Notes: generated by a model from the sequence alone, not told the origin. 63,950 nucleotides of DNA, filler included, from Octopus bimaculoides (GCF_001194135.2; 8 parts of 8 records of this genome joined end to end with filler, not necessarily neighbours in it), one strand, 5' to 3'; shown: positions 14,235-26,224, counted from the first letter of the whole stretch. Numbers and translations: made by a program.

Positions 14235-14767
14235 TGCATATCATGTTTTATAGCGAGAAAGAAAAAGGAAAAGGCGGATGAACACCAAATGATTGATGGA
14301 GCTGTATACGAAGGTCTTAGAATTTATGGATATGTGTGTGTGTGTGTGTGTGTGTATGTGTGTGTGCGTGTGTGTGTACCTGCAAGTGTGTTGTTGGCGA
14401 TAGGAGCGGTTAAACGTATGTAAATACGAATATACATATATTTATATGCATACGTGTGTATTCATGTCTTCATGTACATAAAATATACTGAAATATGTCC
14501 GAAAATGTAACAGCATACATAAATATGCAAGTACATATATGTATGTCTGCAGGTTTGAAAGAATATGAAATTTTTGTATATACATTTATATATGTGTGTG
14601 CGCGCGTGAATGTGTGTGCGTATGTGTGTGGGTGTGTGCGTATTTGCCCGCGCTTGCGTGTAACTGGCTACATAGATAGACCAAGAGACGGGTGGAGGAA
14701 CAGACTAACAGAAAAACAGACGGAAACACAGACAGACAGACAGACAGGCAGACAGATAGATAGATAA

Positions 14768-14990
14768 GGCGGCGAGCTGGTAGAAACGTTAGCGTGCCGG
14801 GCGAAATGCTTAGCGGTATTTTGTCTGCCGCTACGTTCTGAGTTCAAATTCCGCCGAGGTCGACTTTGCCTTTCATTCTTTCGGGGTCGATAAATTTAAA
14901 ACCAGTTACGCACTGGGATCGATGTGATCTACTTAATCCCTTGTTTGTCCCCTTCATGTTTAAGCCCCTTGCGGGCAGTAAAGAAATAAG
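14768..14990 (+). mobile_element. tRNA-derived SINE family B, near full length
   Basis: GGCGGCGAGCTGG head, B-box-like GAGTTCAAATTCC, and an AAAGAAATAAG tail followed by (GATA)n. Confidence 0.85.
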
Positions 14991-14992
14991 AC

Positions 14993-15049
<57 letters not shown>

Positions 15050-15642
15050 TGTTATATGTGTGTATGTAATATATATATTCAGTGTAATACATACACTGTT
15101 ATTATCATGGAGATCCCACGGTAAATACGAATTTTTTAGATGACTGGAAGTTTATAGAGAACCATAAAAATTAATGTTTCTTTTGAAATTGCATATTCTG
15201 CATTATTTTCATTTTAAAAATACCTTTCAGTTCTTCTGGATAACGCTGTAATTGAGGGAGCGTGACTTATCCATGCTCTCAATAGTTCAAAGGTTCATTT
15301 ATAAATCTAAGAGCTTGACAGTGATTACAGAGAACATTCATGTCATCAACGTTATAACTTTCAATTATATGTTAAGTTTTTTTTTTTTCTGACGCTCTAT
15401 CACAGTTTCATTTCGCGTTTTCTTATCTGTTGTAAATAACTACTGTATTCCTTTCATTCATATTTTACCTTATACTTTGTCTATGATAAGTTTATTGTTA
15501 TATCGGATATAACCCTTCATTTTACTGTCTACCCATCGATGTATTTGGCAATGTGGATAAAAAAATTTAATACTAAAATATTATTTTCTTGTTAGCTACA
15601 AAAATAATATATTATTGATGCTTAAAATTTCCCTCCCCCCCC

Positions 15643-15682
<40 letters not shown>

Positions 15683-16828
15683 CTCTCTATCTCTCTCTCT
15701 CTCTCTCTCTGCTTTGTTTAACCTGACTACTTGAACATTACACTTCTGCCAAACATTGTATTTCACTCCCTCCAACTAAGTTTTTAGCCACGTAATAACT
15801 ATTACTTTCCCACTACCGCGCGTCATTAACATCTCTTTCCTACCTTTAACCATTTCCCTCTTTTCTTTCCCACTTTTATCTCCCTCTTCGCCTCTCCGTT
15901 CAGCTAACCACATGACAGCATAAACATGACAGCGTAACGCATTTGGTCTTAGCGTATTCATATATAAACTAGCAGTACCTGTGGAAATACCAGGTTTATT
16001 TTGAAAAATGTATGATGAAATGTTATGTTTTTCTGAAACATCTGATTCTTGAGATGAAAAAGGGCAATCAATCAATATATCTATCTATCATGTTCCACTT
16101 ACATTTCTTTCAGTGTGTGTATCTGTCTACTCTAACAATACAAATAAACTTTAAATTAATGAACTTAAAATAATAATAATAAGCGATACCCCAGCATGAC
16201 GTCAACCTCTGGGTTGCTATACATAAAAAGGTAGAAGTAACATCCACAGATATATGCTATGGTTATTTCTCTTTGATTTAACTATGTGTCGATATATCTA
16301 CCCATCCGTTTTTCTATCTTTTATCCGTCAATGAATCTATTTATCCACGTTTATAGATCGATGGATTTAAGATATGGAAGCTGTTGAAGAGTAAAACCTG
16401 TAACAACTAAACTCTTATTTTCATTGTCTGTCACAATATTCTATTATACTACGCTTAATCTTTTATTAATGTGTATGTGTGTTTGTGCATGTATATATGC
16501 ATGTTTTTTTTCTTTCTGTTTTGGGTAAAGACTTGAACAGTTTAATATACACTCATGTAAGAAGTGTGTAGAATCTATGTCTAGTATAGTTTCATACTCG
16601 CTGACGAGTAAGGTCGAGTTAGGCCTGTAGCGGGAATCCTTTGGGCATAAGTAAAATGCACGGTGGACCATCATCTTCATCATTATTATTTACACGTACA
16701 TATATACATTATGCACACACACACACACACACATATATATATACATGTGTGTGTGTGCGTATGTGTGTGTGTGTGTGTGTGTGTAGAAAATGAAGTTATT
16801 TTATTCCACACGGGTAGTAATATATTCT

Positions 16829-16862
<34 letters not shown>

Positions 16863-16865
16863 TTG

Positions 16866-16902
<37 letters not shown>

Positions 16903-16903
<1 letters not shown>

Positions 16904-17158
16904 CAATGTTAATTCTCTAAATGAAGTATTAACAGTAACTGCACGATAAAGTGTAGTATATTGCCACTTAAGTGTGGCTGACCCCTAGGGGTGGATGTTA
17001 CTGTTGCTTTTAGCCCCAGGAGGACATCTCCTCCAGCTGGCTTATCGACACACGACTGTGTCCTGTTTGCCAAGGGAAGTTATCCCTCTCACCTCGATCT
17101 GCAGCACGAACGTATCCGGATTTCAGGGTTATTTCCCTTCGTCGGCGTTCGACAGCTG
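16903..17158. repeat. Interspersed repeat, second copy at about 45678-45928
   Basis: AATGTTAATTCTCTAAATGAAG...GTTCGACAGCTG is near-identical in both places, each at the right end of a piece. Confidence 0.85.
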
Positions 17159-17258
17159 NNNNNNNNNNNNNNNNNNNNNNNNNNNNNNNNNNNNNNNNNN
17201 NNTTAATTAATTAANNNNNNNNNNNNNNNNNNNNNNNNNNNNNNNNNNNNNNNNNNNN
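17159..17258. other. Artificial scaffold linker (44N-TTAATTAATTAA-44N)
   Basis: Exactly 100 bp with a six-frame-stop core, repeated seven times in the window. Confidence 0.97.
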
Positions 17259-17279
17259 ATGTTAACATTATATAGCAAT

Positions 17280-17635
17280 AAATGTATTTAAATGTAAAAG
17301 AAGATATGATGGTGTGTGTGAGAACAATTTCGTAACTACAACTCTCTCTACATTGGTGACATAACTAAATGATATTTTTAATAAAAAACTATTCTTTCAG
17401 AATTCTCAGATATATTCTTATTTAACATATTTCTAGAATAAAGAGAAGCTAGTATCAATTCATTTGGCACTGGTGGTAAATATGTATTCTGTCATAACAT
17501 AATTGTACAGTTTAGTATAAAGTCATAACAAACAATATTTCATCTTACCATTATAGGATAAATATCTATGATATCTCATGAATATTCATGATCTTATTTA
17601 CATTCTTGAATGTATCTCTTATATACAATGGTGTG
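17280..17635 (+). repeat. Left arm of ~360-bp inverted repeat (partner 42744-43106)
   Basis: Reverse complement of the right end of the same piece. By eye it differs by one 7-bp indel and about two substitutions. Confidence 0.92.
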
Positions 17636-17681
17636 AAGTAAAGTGTACCATCATGGTTCTGTTGTTGATAAGATTTATATA

Positions 17682-18854
17682 TGAGGTGCATTCCAGAAGT
17701 TATCAGACTTTTTCAAGTGAGACATTTATTAATTTCCAGGAAGTAGAATATCTTAATCTCATTCAAAATGGGATCCTCCGATTTCGATGGAATTGTTGCA
17801 ACACTCTGGGCCCCTTTGTGAAGACCCTATGGATGCCCCTGAAAGTGAAGGTGTCCAGGACCCTTGATAAGGCCCTCTTGCATCTTCTTTGGTTCGGAGA
17901 ACAATCTAAAGTCACTGGGATCAAGGTCAGGTCTGTAGGGACAGTAAAGGATAGTCAAATAGTCCATTACTGGTATGAAACTGTGAACTCGTGTATGTAC
18001 CACAAACGTACGTGGAAGATCTCTCTGGCCCTTTGCAATGAAAACCCATTATGGACTCCCTCACAACCTCCACAAGTTACTTTTTGCTGACCATCTGGCC
18101 TGAGGGAACCCAATAGATGTAGATGATGCCCCAGCTGTTGAAAAAAGGGGATCATCATGAACTCCCCAGTGGACTTGCTTTGCTTGGCCTTCGTGGGTCT
18201 AGGGGGAGCCAGAATGCTGCCATTTGGCACTCTGTCTCTTGGTCTCTAGATCATAACAGTAGATTCAGCTTTTGTCCCTGGTCACCAGAGACCCAAGTAT
18301 TCTTGGACTGGAGTTAATGAGCTCGACCAGTTCCCTGCCATCACCAACATATCTCTCCTTCGTTCCTGATCATCCTGAGAAGAACTTTGTACACATTTTA
18401 CAAATTATTCAGCTCTTCATAAATGATCCAATGTACTGCAAGGGCACCGTGTACATCCACCGGGTTCTCTTTAGCCTGATGGTCAACAAAGTGGTTTTGA
18501 GGGAGTCCATTAACAGTTTTCATTGCAAAAGGCCAGAGAGCTCTTTCACTCAGACGTGTGGAACCTACACCGGTCCACAATTCCATCCCGGTAACTACTT
18601 GACAGAGATGGGCATCAGAAGAGTCCCTCATTCACCCTATGGCCCCGAACTTGTTCCCTGTGACTTTTTGTTGTTCCTCAAGATAAAGGGATCTATGACA
18701 AGGCTATTAGACGTCTTTATTTTGGAGGGATTATCATAGAGCCTTCACAAACTGGCTAGAGCAACGAAGTCAGTGGATCCCAGTTCAAAGAAGATGGGAG
18801 TTTAGTACTTTGTTGAAATTAATAAATGTCTGAAAAATTCTGGAATATACCTTG
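17682..18854. mobile_element. Degraded mariner transposase relic, two 3' halves in opposite orientation
   Basis: Minus strand gives ELINSSPRILGSLVTR and PRPTKAKQSKSTGEFMMIPFF. Plus strand gives YLTEMGIRRVPHSPYGPELVPCDFLLFLK (YSPDLAPxD motif). The two ends are related and inverted (GACATTTATTAATTTC / GAAATTAATAAATGTC). Confidence 0.8.
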
Positions 18855-18868
18855 TGTATGTATGTGTG

Positions 18869-18910
<42 letters not shown>

Positions 18911-18946
18911 AGAGTTTAAGGATTGGAGAAAACACATGTTATAATT

Positions 18947-19108
18947 GCATACTTTATTCCTACATATGTTTCAAAGGATTACAACCTGTGTGATCCATAG
19001 GGATCTTTGATATTAAAATTGTAACCTTCTCATCAGGGAAAGCATGGAAGATCCCTATGGATCACACAGGTTGTAATCCTTTGAAACATATGTAGGAATA
19101 AAGTATGC
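18947..19108. repeat. Perfect 61-bp inverted repeat with 40-bp spacer, running into a gap
   Basis: 18947-19007 is the exact reverse complement of 19048-19108. Confidence 0.85.
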
Positions 19109-20154
19109 NNNNNNNNNNNNNNNNNNNNNNNNNNNNNNNNNNNNNNNNNNNNNNNNNNNNNNNNNNNNNNNNNNNNNNNNNNNNNNNNNNNNNNNNNNNN
19201 NNNNNNNNNNNNNNNNNNNNNNNNNNNNNNNNNNNNNNNNNNNNNNNNNNNNNNNNNNNNNNNNNNNNNNNNNNNNNNNNNNNNNNNNNNNNNNNNNNNN
19301 NNNNNNNNNNNNNNNNNNNNNNNNNNNNNNNNNNNNNNNNNNNNNNNNNNNNNNNNNNNNNNNNNNNNNNNNNNNNNNNNNNNNNNNNNNNNNNNNNNNN
19401 NNNNNNNNNNNNNNNNNNNNNNNNNNNNNNNNNNNNNNNNNNNNNNNNNNNNNNNNNNNNNNNNNNNNNNNNNNNNNNNNNNNNNNNNNNNNNNNNNNNN
19501 NNNNNNNNNNNNNNNNNNNNNNNNNNNNNNNNNNNNNNNNNNNNNNNNNNNNNNNNNNNNNNNNNNNNNNNNNNTATATATATATATATATATTAAGTTT
19601 GTTTCCAGGGAAACGTTTTGAATATGCAAATAAAGCTCCTATTCCACCATACTGGTCACAGTCCAATGATGCTGACTGGTGAACCAGTTTTTTTTTGGGG
19701 GGGGGGGTGCATTGAGCTGCACCAATAAAATGTAGGATAAATATAATAATAAAAAATTTGGGGATGGAACTTATAAATATTTTAATGCATAGCTACATGA
19801 GTTTCCTATTCCTGGGATGATTATAGTGTAGTCCATGGTATCCATGGCCATCCAGTTGACCATCTTCATGGATTCATTTCTTCAGGTGATATAACATTAA
19901 TGGATGTTTAACCGAGGGTTGTTTATCCATTTTGAACAGTGAGGAGGTTGGTTATGTGGGGTGGAGGGGAAGGTGATGGAAAGCGAGGCAGGAATGGTAG
20001 TTATCTGGGGACAGGGGTGTCTGTGGTGATGGTGGACTTGTGTTGTTATTCGGTCTGCACATAAATATATATGAAGGGTGAATGAAAAGTCTTGAACTTC
20101 AAAAAAAATAAAACAAGACTTCAAGGCTGAAAACTTTTCATCCACCCCTCATAT

Positions 20155-20392
20155 GTGAAGGCATGTGGTCTAGTGGTTAGGGTGTTGCACTGATGATCAC
20201 TAGACCGTGGGTTCGATTCCCTGACGGCGGCACGTTGTGTTCTTGAGCAATACACTTTATTTCACATTGCTCCAGTCCTCCTCTGATCAGCTTGCCTAAC
20301 CAGTGAGGTGGTATCATTTGAAGGTTAAAAACAATGCAAAAACGCCATTGTGACCAGCGATGTGTAACCATCTGATAGCCTGGTCAGTCACA
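20155..20392 (+). mobile_element. tRNA-derived SINE family D (GTGAAGGCGCGTGGC head), diverged
   Basis: A-box/B-box-like head GGTCTAGTGGTTAGG...GGGTTCGATTCC, related to the copies at 36843 and 55510. Confidence 0.65.
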
Positions 20393-20551
20393 TGATATGT
20401 GTGTGTTGGTATGATGTTAAGCTGCATCTGGTGGTGAGGTTCCAGTTCTGGAGTTGTTGGGTGCATGGAATCATCCCTTAATTCCCATTATTCCCAGGTC
20501 AGTTCTGACCCGGAATTGTAGAACCTGTCAGGGTCCCATCCATGGGTTAAA

Positions 20552-21125
20552 TTGACAAAGCTGCGTGGAAGGCAGATCTCCCAGGAGAAAGATTCTCTGA
20601 TATAAAACCCACAGTCAAAATGGTTCCCACTCATCACTGGAACCTAGAATGGCAGCCGAGAGAGTGGCAAAGTGTTGTCCAAGCGTGTAAGGATTTCAGG
20701 ATTAAATCCAAGGATGTTTCACTCTCATTTAATTTCTTGATCCGTTTTGCATTTCATACAGTCTTTTGGGGATGGATTTCCCAGGAGTAGAGGAGGCTTC
20801 TGTTATTTTTGACAAAGCTGTGTGGAAAGCAGCTCTCCTAGGAGACAGATTCTCTAACATAAAACTTGCAGTCAAAATGGTTGCCAGTCATCTTGCAATA
20901 TTTGTTAGAGGAACCTTACAATAGAGACAGACTGGTAAAAGGGTTGTAAAAGTGTGTGAGTGTTGTCACTTAAATCCAAGGATGTCTCACTCTCATTTAA
21001 TTTCTTGATCTGTTTTGCATTTCATAAAGTCTTTTAGGGATGGATTTCCCCGAGTGCAAGAGAGATTCCTTTTGTTTTTGACAAAGCCATGGGGAAGGCA
21101 GCTCTTCTAGGAGAATGATACTCAG
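20552..21125. repeat. Degenerate tandem repeat, ~257-269-bp unit, about 2.3 copies
   Basis: TTGACAAAGC recurs at 20552, 20809 and 21078. TTAAATCCAAGGATG...CATTTCATA recurs with the same period. Confidence 0.85.
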
Positions 21126-21614
21126 ACACAGAACATCTGCGCTGGTGGAACGTAATAAGCAAATATGTGACGTGACTTCCGCTGGAAAATAGGGACAGAT
21201 GTAATGCATCAAAGCTACCTGAGGCTACCTGCAAAATAAACGTCTTCTCTGCCGAGATCCAAACTCAGTCATGTGCACCACCTCACTGGAGAATAGGGGG
21301 GGAAAGTTCCACTTTATAAAGCTGATGGTAGGCTCCATAGAACTTACAGTTCCCAGACATCTTGCAATGTTCATCACAGGAATCTACAATGAAGTCCGGG
21401 ACAACAGCAAAAGCTTTTGTCATTTAAATCCAATGACACATGGATGTCTCGCTATTATTGTGTATATGTGTTTGTATATATCTTTTATCTGTTTCAGTCA
21501 TTGGACGGCAGCCATGCTGGGGCAACTCTATGAGTTTCAAAATCCTGAAATCAGCCTTCACCACTTCATTCTATGAGTAAATTTGGGAGACAGAAAATGT
21601 ATGGAAGCCTGCTC

Positions 21615-21646
<32 letters not shown>

Positions 21647-22581
21647 ATATCTTTTACTTGTTTCAGTCATTTAAACTACAGCCATTCTGAGAAGGTGGGC
21701 ACCACCTTGAAGAATTTTAGTTGAATAATTCAACCCCAGAACTTATATTTTAAGCCTGGTACCTATTTTATTGGTTGCTTTTGCTGATTTGCTAAGTTAC
21801 AGGGTGAAACCAATACTAATTGTCAAGCAGTAGCAGAGCACAAAACAGCTACATGCATATATACAGTCACTGGTTTTGCAACAAACAAAAATCTAAAATC
21901 TCTCCAAGAGATCAATGCAGTTGTTCTACTGACAAGTAATAATCATTATCCATCATCTCTAGCAGACCAGGTGTCCAGTACTGAGGAACCAGGACTGGTC
22001 TACTGGTTCCATGTTCAGTCCTACTGCATGACACCTTGGGCAAGTGTATTCCACTATAGCCTCGGGCCTACCAAAGTGTTGTGAGTGGATTTGGTAGACA
22101 GAAATTCAAAGAAGCCCATCATATATATATATATATATATACTCACTACCTCATGATTGTAAGCCTGACACTCTGACCACTGAGCCATGTGCCTTGGAGG
22201 GGAAATTTCTTGGTGTAATTCCATGGTCTTTCATGACCAAAGGGCATCTTTACCCTATGTATATATAATGGTGTGGAGAGGAGGAGGCTGATATGCATGG
22301 GTGACTGCTGGTCTTCCATAAACCTTTCCAGGACTTGTGTCTTGGAGGGGAACTTTCTGGGTGCAATTCCATGACCAAAAGGGGCAGTCTTTACTGTTGT
22401 GTGTGTGTATGTACATACATATATACATATGATTAAGAAGTTTGATTCCAAATTACATGGCTTTGAGTACTGTCCCACTGTGGGGTACCCTAGACATCTG
22501 TCTTCTACTATAGCCCCAGGTTAACGAAAGCCTTGAGAGTGGACTTGATGGAAACCAAAAGGAGCCCTTCACACACACATA

Positions 22582-22791
22582 CGGGGTGCTGAAAAGTTCA
22601 TGGCTTTAAGGGTCTCATGAAAGACCCGGTTAGAGGCCCAACTTTCCAAGTTCTTTTTACAGGGCTTAGAAACACTGAAGGACCACTGCAATAATCTGAT
22701 AAGGGAATACGTTGAACGAAATCCTAATTCACTGATCCCCTGTACAGTATTTTCTTTTACCCAAAGCCAGGAACTTTCCAGTATTCCCTTG
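22582..22791. mobile_element. mariner-type MITE
   Basis: TA-CGGGGTGCTGAAAAGTTCATGGCTTT ... AAAGCCAGGAACTTTCCAGTATTCCCTTG-TA: imperfect TIRs with TA flanks. Confidence 0.65.
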
Positions 22792-22859
22792 TATAGCCCC
22801 AGGTCAACCAAAGCCTTGAGAGTGGACTTGATAGACAGAAATGAAAAGGAGCCCATCAT

Positions 22860-22947
<88 letters not shown>

Positions 22948-23437
22948 GTATATATATGTCTGTGTGTGTGTGTTTGTACCTCCTTATATTGACATCATGT
23001 GATAATAATAAATAAGTACAATATGATCTCTCAATCTCACATTTTCCTTCCCCGCCCCCATCATGTCCTTCTCTGTCTTTCTTTCCCTCTTCCTCTCTCA
23101 ATCTTATTTCTCATTGTCTCTGCTTTTCTCTCTCTCTCTCTCATCTTTCTCATTCCCCATCTCTTTCTCTCTGTCATTCTGTTAGTTTTCTTTCCTATAT
23201 TTCTCTCTCTCTCTCTCGGTGTGGCTCAGCTGACATGGAAGAAAGAGGCCTCAATGTGGTCACTCTACATGATAAAACAGACAGCCAAAATCTCAACTCA
23301 TCTCTTTAATGTTTTATCCACATCCGTTTGCACAGCAATTTCAGGCGTGGGGTAAAAAAAAGAGACAAACAAAACCATTTTGTTAAGAAATATGGAATAC
23401 TTTATTTTGCACAACCTGACGTTTGACACCGACATAG

Positions 23438-24706
23438 TTATTTATCTGTATGAATACTTGTGTGTGTAGTTAAGTGATGTCTTTGAGAGAATGATTTACC
23501 ACAGATGTCACAGTGATATGGTTTCTCACCTGTATGAATTCGTTCATGAGAAGTCAATTCAACCTTCTGACAGAATGATTTGCCACACACAGAACACCAG
23601 TAGAGCTTTTCTCCCGTATGCCTGCGCTTATGGACAATCAAATTATTCTTTTGAGAGAATGACTTACCACAGATATCACAACAATATGGTTTCTCTCCTG
23701 TATGAATGCGTTGGTGACTAATTAAGTTATTTTTGCGAGAGAATGATTTATCACAGATGTCACAGTGATATGGTTTCTCGCCTGTATGGCTTCGTTTGTG
23801 GGTAGTTAAGTTATGGATTTGAGAAAAGGACTTCCCACAGATGTCACAGTCATATGGTTTCTCTCCTGTGTGAGTACGTCTGTGTATAGTTAGGACACCA
23901 ATGTCAGAGAATGACTTACCACATGAATCGCACTGATATGGTTTTTCTCCAGTGTGAATACGTTCATGTCTTGTTAAGGTATTTCCACAGGAAAATGATT
24001 TACCACAGATTTCACAGTGATACGGCTTTTCTCCAGTATGAATGAGAATGTGTTTAGTCAAGTTGCTCGTTCCAGAAATCGATTTTCCACACACAGAACA
24101 CTGGTACAACTTTTTCCCCGTGTGCATGCGTTTGTGCACAATTAAAGTGCTTCTTTGAGAGAATGATTTACCACAGATATCACAACAATATGGTTTCTCT
24201 CCTGTATGAATGCGTTGGTGATTAATTAAGTCACATTTGTGAGAGAATGATTTACCACAGATATCACAGTGATATGGTTTCTCTCCTGTATGAACATGGC
24301 TGTGTGAAGTGAGGTTACTCTTTTGAGAGAAGGATTTACCGCAGACATCACAGCGGAATGGTTTTTCTTCTGTGTGGATACGCTGGTGGTTAATAAGGTG
24401 ACCTTTCTGATAGAACGACTTATCGCAAATATCGCAGTGGTACAGGTTTTCTCCACTGTGAATTCGTTGGTGAGTTGCTAAGTTAGCTTTGCGAGAGAAT
24501 GAGTTACCACAAACACTACAGTGGTGTGGCTTCTTTCCAGCATGAACGCTGTTGTGTGCAGTGAGTTTACATTTTTGCGAAAATATCTTCTTACAGATAT
24601 CACACTGGTAGATATCACCAGTTTCTTTCATCATAGCATCAGGAGAATCAACTTCATGGAAATCTGTTTGAAATTCATCCTTGTTTTCACACAATTCATT
24701 TTCCAT
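23438..24706 (-). CDS. C2H2 zinc-finger array protein ZNF1 (14 fingers, 422 aa from the first ATG)
   Basis: Intact ORF with 14 CxxC-x12-H-x3-H fingers and TGEKP linkers. The ORF track starts at a TTG (24772). The ATG at 24706 (MENE) matches the MEK starts of the other paralogs. Confidence 0.92.
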   Translation of the reverse strand: MENELCENKDEFQTDFHEVDSPDAMMKETGDIYQCDICKKIFSQKCKLTAHNSVHAGKKPHHCSVCGNSFSRKANLATHQRIHSGENLYHCDICDKSFYQKGHLINHQRIHTEEKPFRCDVCGKSFSQKSNLTSHSHVHTGEKPYHCDICGKSFSHKCDLINHQRIHTGEKPYCCDICGKSFSQRSTLIVHKRMHTGKKLYQCSVCGKSISGTSNLTKHILIHTGEKPYHCEICGKSFSCGNTLTRHERIHTGEKPYQCDSCGKSFSDIGVLTIHRRTHTGEKPYDCDICGKSFSQIHNLTTHKRSHTGEKPYHCDICDKSFSRKNNLISHQRIHTGEKPYCCDICGKSFSQKNNLIVHKRRHTGEKLYWCSVCGKSFCQKVELTSHERIHTGEKPYHCDICGKSFSQRHHLTTHTSIHTDK

Positions 24707-25044
24707 AATTATTCCAGTCTCACCAAAATATACAGATGTTTCTCTTTTGCTTTTGTAGTTGATTCCAAACAAATACTTATCAATTCACTGTTAAATTTCC
24801 ATTGACTGTGGTTTTTGTCCAATAAGTACATCCGTTAGAAATTCTTCAGTAATTTGTGATCCATACTGAATTAACAAGCAAAAATCACACTGGACAATGA
24901 TTTTGATTGATTTGAGTGATTGACAAGAATGTTCCGGTTTATCTCAGTTCAGAAGAAATAGTTTAAGAGTGATTGTATCAGTTTTGTAGCAAAACGATTA
25001 TTTCTGATGTAAAGAATTCTTTGATACCAATATCATTAAATAAT

Positions 25045-25065
25045 CTGAAATAATAAACAAAAATA
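25045..25065 (-). promoter_or_regulatory. Putative 3' splice acceptor of the ZNF1 main exon
   Basis: Minus strand TTTTTGTTTATTATTTCAG|ATT, homologous to the acceptors at 33676 and 38562. Confidence 0.7.
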
Positions 25066-25277
25066 TAAGATATAGAAGATACATAACACACACACACACA
25101 CACAAATGTGCATGCATTATACTGAATACCAAATCTACTCACACGGCTTTGGTTGGCCTTGGGCTATAATAAAGTTATTAACCCAAGGTCAATCACAGTG
25201 AGACTGAACCCAGAACCATGTGGTTGCCAAGCATACATCTTAACCACATAGCTATACTTATGCATATATATATACAT

Positions 25278-25330
<53 letters not shown>

Positions 25331-25414
25331 GGCATCTTAGTCAACTGTCTTCTACTATTGCCTGGGGCTGACCAGAGCCTTGTGAGTGGATTTGGTAGAC
25401 AGAAACTGAAAGAA

Positions 25415-25690
25415 GTCCATCATCATCATTTAACGTCCATTTTCCATGCTGGTATGCTTTGGACGTTTCCACTGGGGTCTGGGAAGCCAGTAGGCTGCAC
25501 CAGGCCCCAATCTGATCTGGCAGTGTTTCTACAGCTGGATGCCCTTCCTAATGCCAACTACTGCAAGAGTGTAGTGGGTGCTTTTTATGTGCCACCGGCA
25601 CAGGGGCCAGAGGAGCTGGCATCGACCATGATCGGATGGTGCCTTTTATGTACCACCGGCATGGGGATCACAACTACATTTGATTCGATT
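25415..25690 (+). mobile_element. (CAT)n-flanked RTE-tail-type repeat (family E)
   Basis: CATCATCATTTAACGTCC...TTTCTACAGCTGGATGCCCTTCCTAATGCC. Related copies at 26642, 29935, 30680, 36630, 50415 and 53040. Confidence 0.7.
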
Positions 25691-25907
25691 TGATCCTTGT
25701 TTGTCTCCCCACCATCACTTGACAACTGATGTTAGTGTGTTTACATCTCTGTAACTTAGTGGCTTGGCAAAAGAGACTGATAAAATAAGTTCTAGGCGTA
25801 AAAATAATAAGTCCTGGGTCGATATGTTTGACTAAAAGTGGTGTTCCAGCATGGCTGCAGTCAAAAGACTGAAACAAGTAAAAGAATATATATATAAATA
25901 TATTATA

Positions 25908-26224
25908 GGCGTAGGAGTGGCTGTGTGGTAAGTAGCTTGCTTACCAACCACATGGTTCCAGGTTCAGTCCCACTGCGTGGCACCTTGGACAAGTGTCTTC
26001 TACTATAGCCTTGGGCCGACCAAAGCCTTGTAAGTGGATTTGGTAGACGGAAACTGAAAGAAGCCCGTCGTATATGCGTGTATATATATATATATGTGTG
26101 TGTGTGTGTATGTTTGTATGTGTGTCCCCCCCAACATCGCTTGACAACCGATGCTGGTGTGTTTATGTCCCCGTAACTTAGCGGTTCGGCAAAATAGATC
26201 GATAGAATAAGTACTAGGCTTCTA
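25908..26224 (+). mobile_element. tRNA-derived SINE family A, cut by gap
   Basis: GGCGTAGGAGTGGCTGTGTGG head, GGTTCAGTCCCAC B-box and CCTTGGACAAGTGTCTT core. Many copies in the window. Confidence 0.9.

Noticed and set aside
17203-17214. Recurrent TTAATTAATTAA palindrome as a biological motif
   Set aside because: It is always embedded in exactly 44+44 Ns, so it is synthetic.
24707-24772. 22-aa N-terminal extension of ZNF1 in the ORF track
   Set aside because: It starts at TTG. The paralogs support the ATG at 24706.
23491-24805. Antisense [12 protein letters not shown]-type ORFs (also at 31710-33356, 37752-38192 and 60790-61559)
   Set aside because: They are shadow frames of the 84-bp zinc-finger repeat.
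25908-25990. tRNA gene calls from SINE heads
   Set aside because: The A/B-box-like heads continue into SINE bodies and do not form full cloverleafs.
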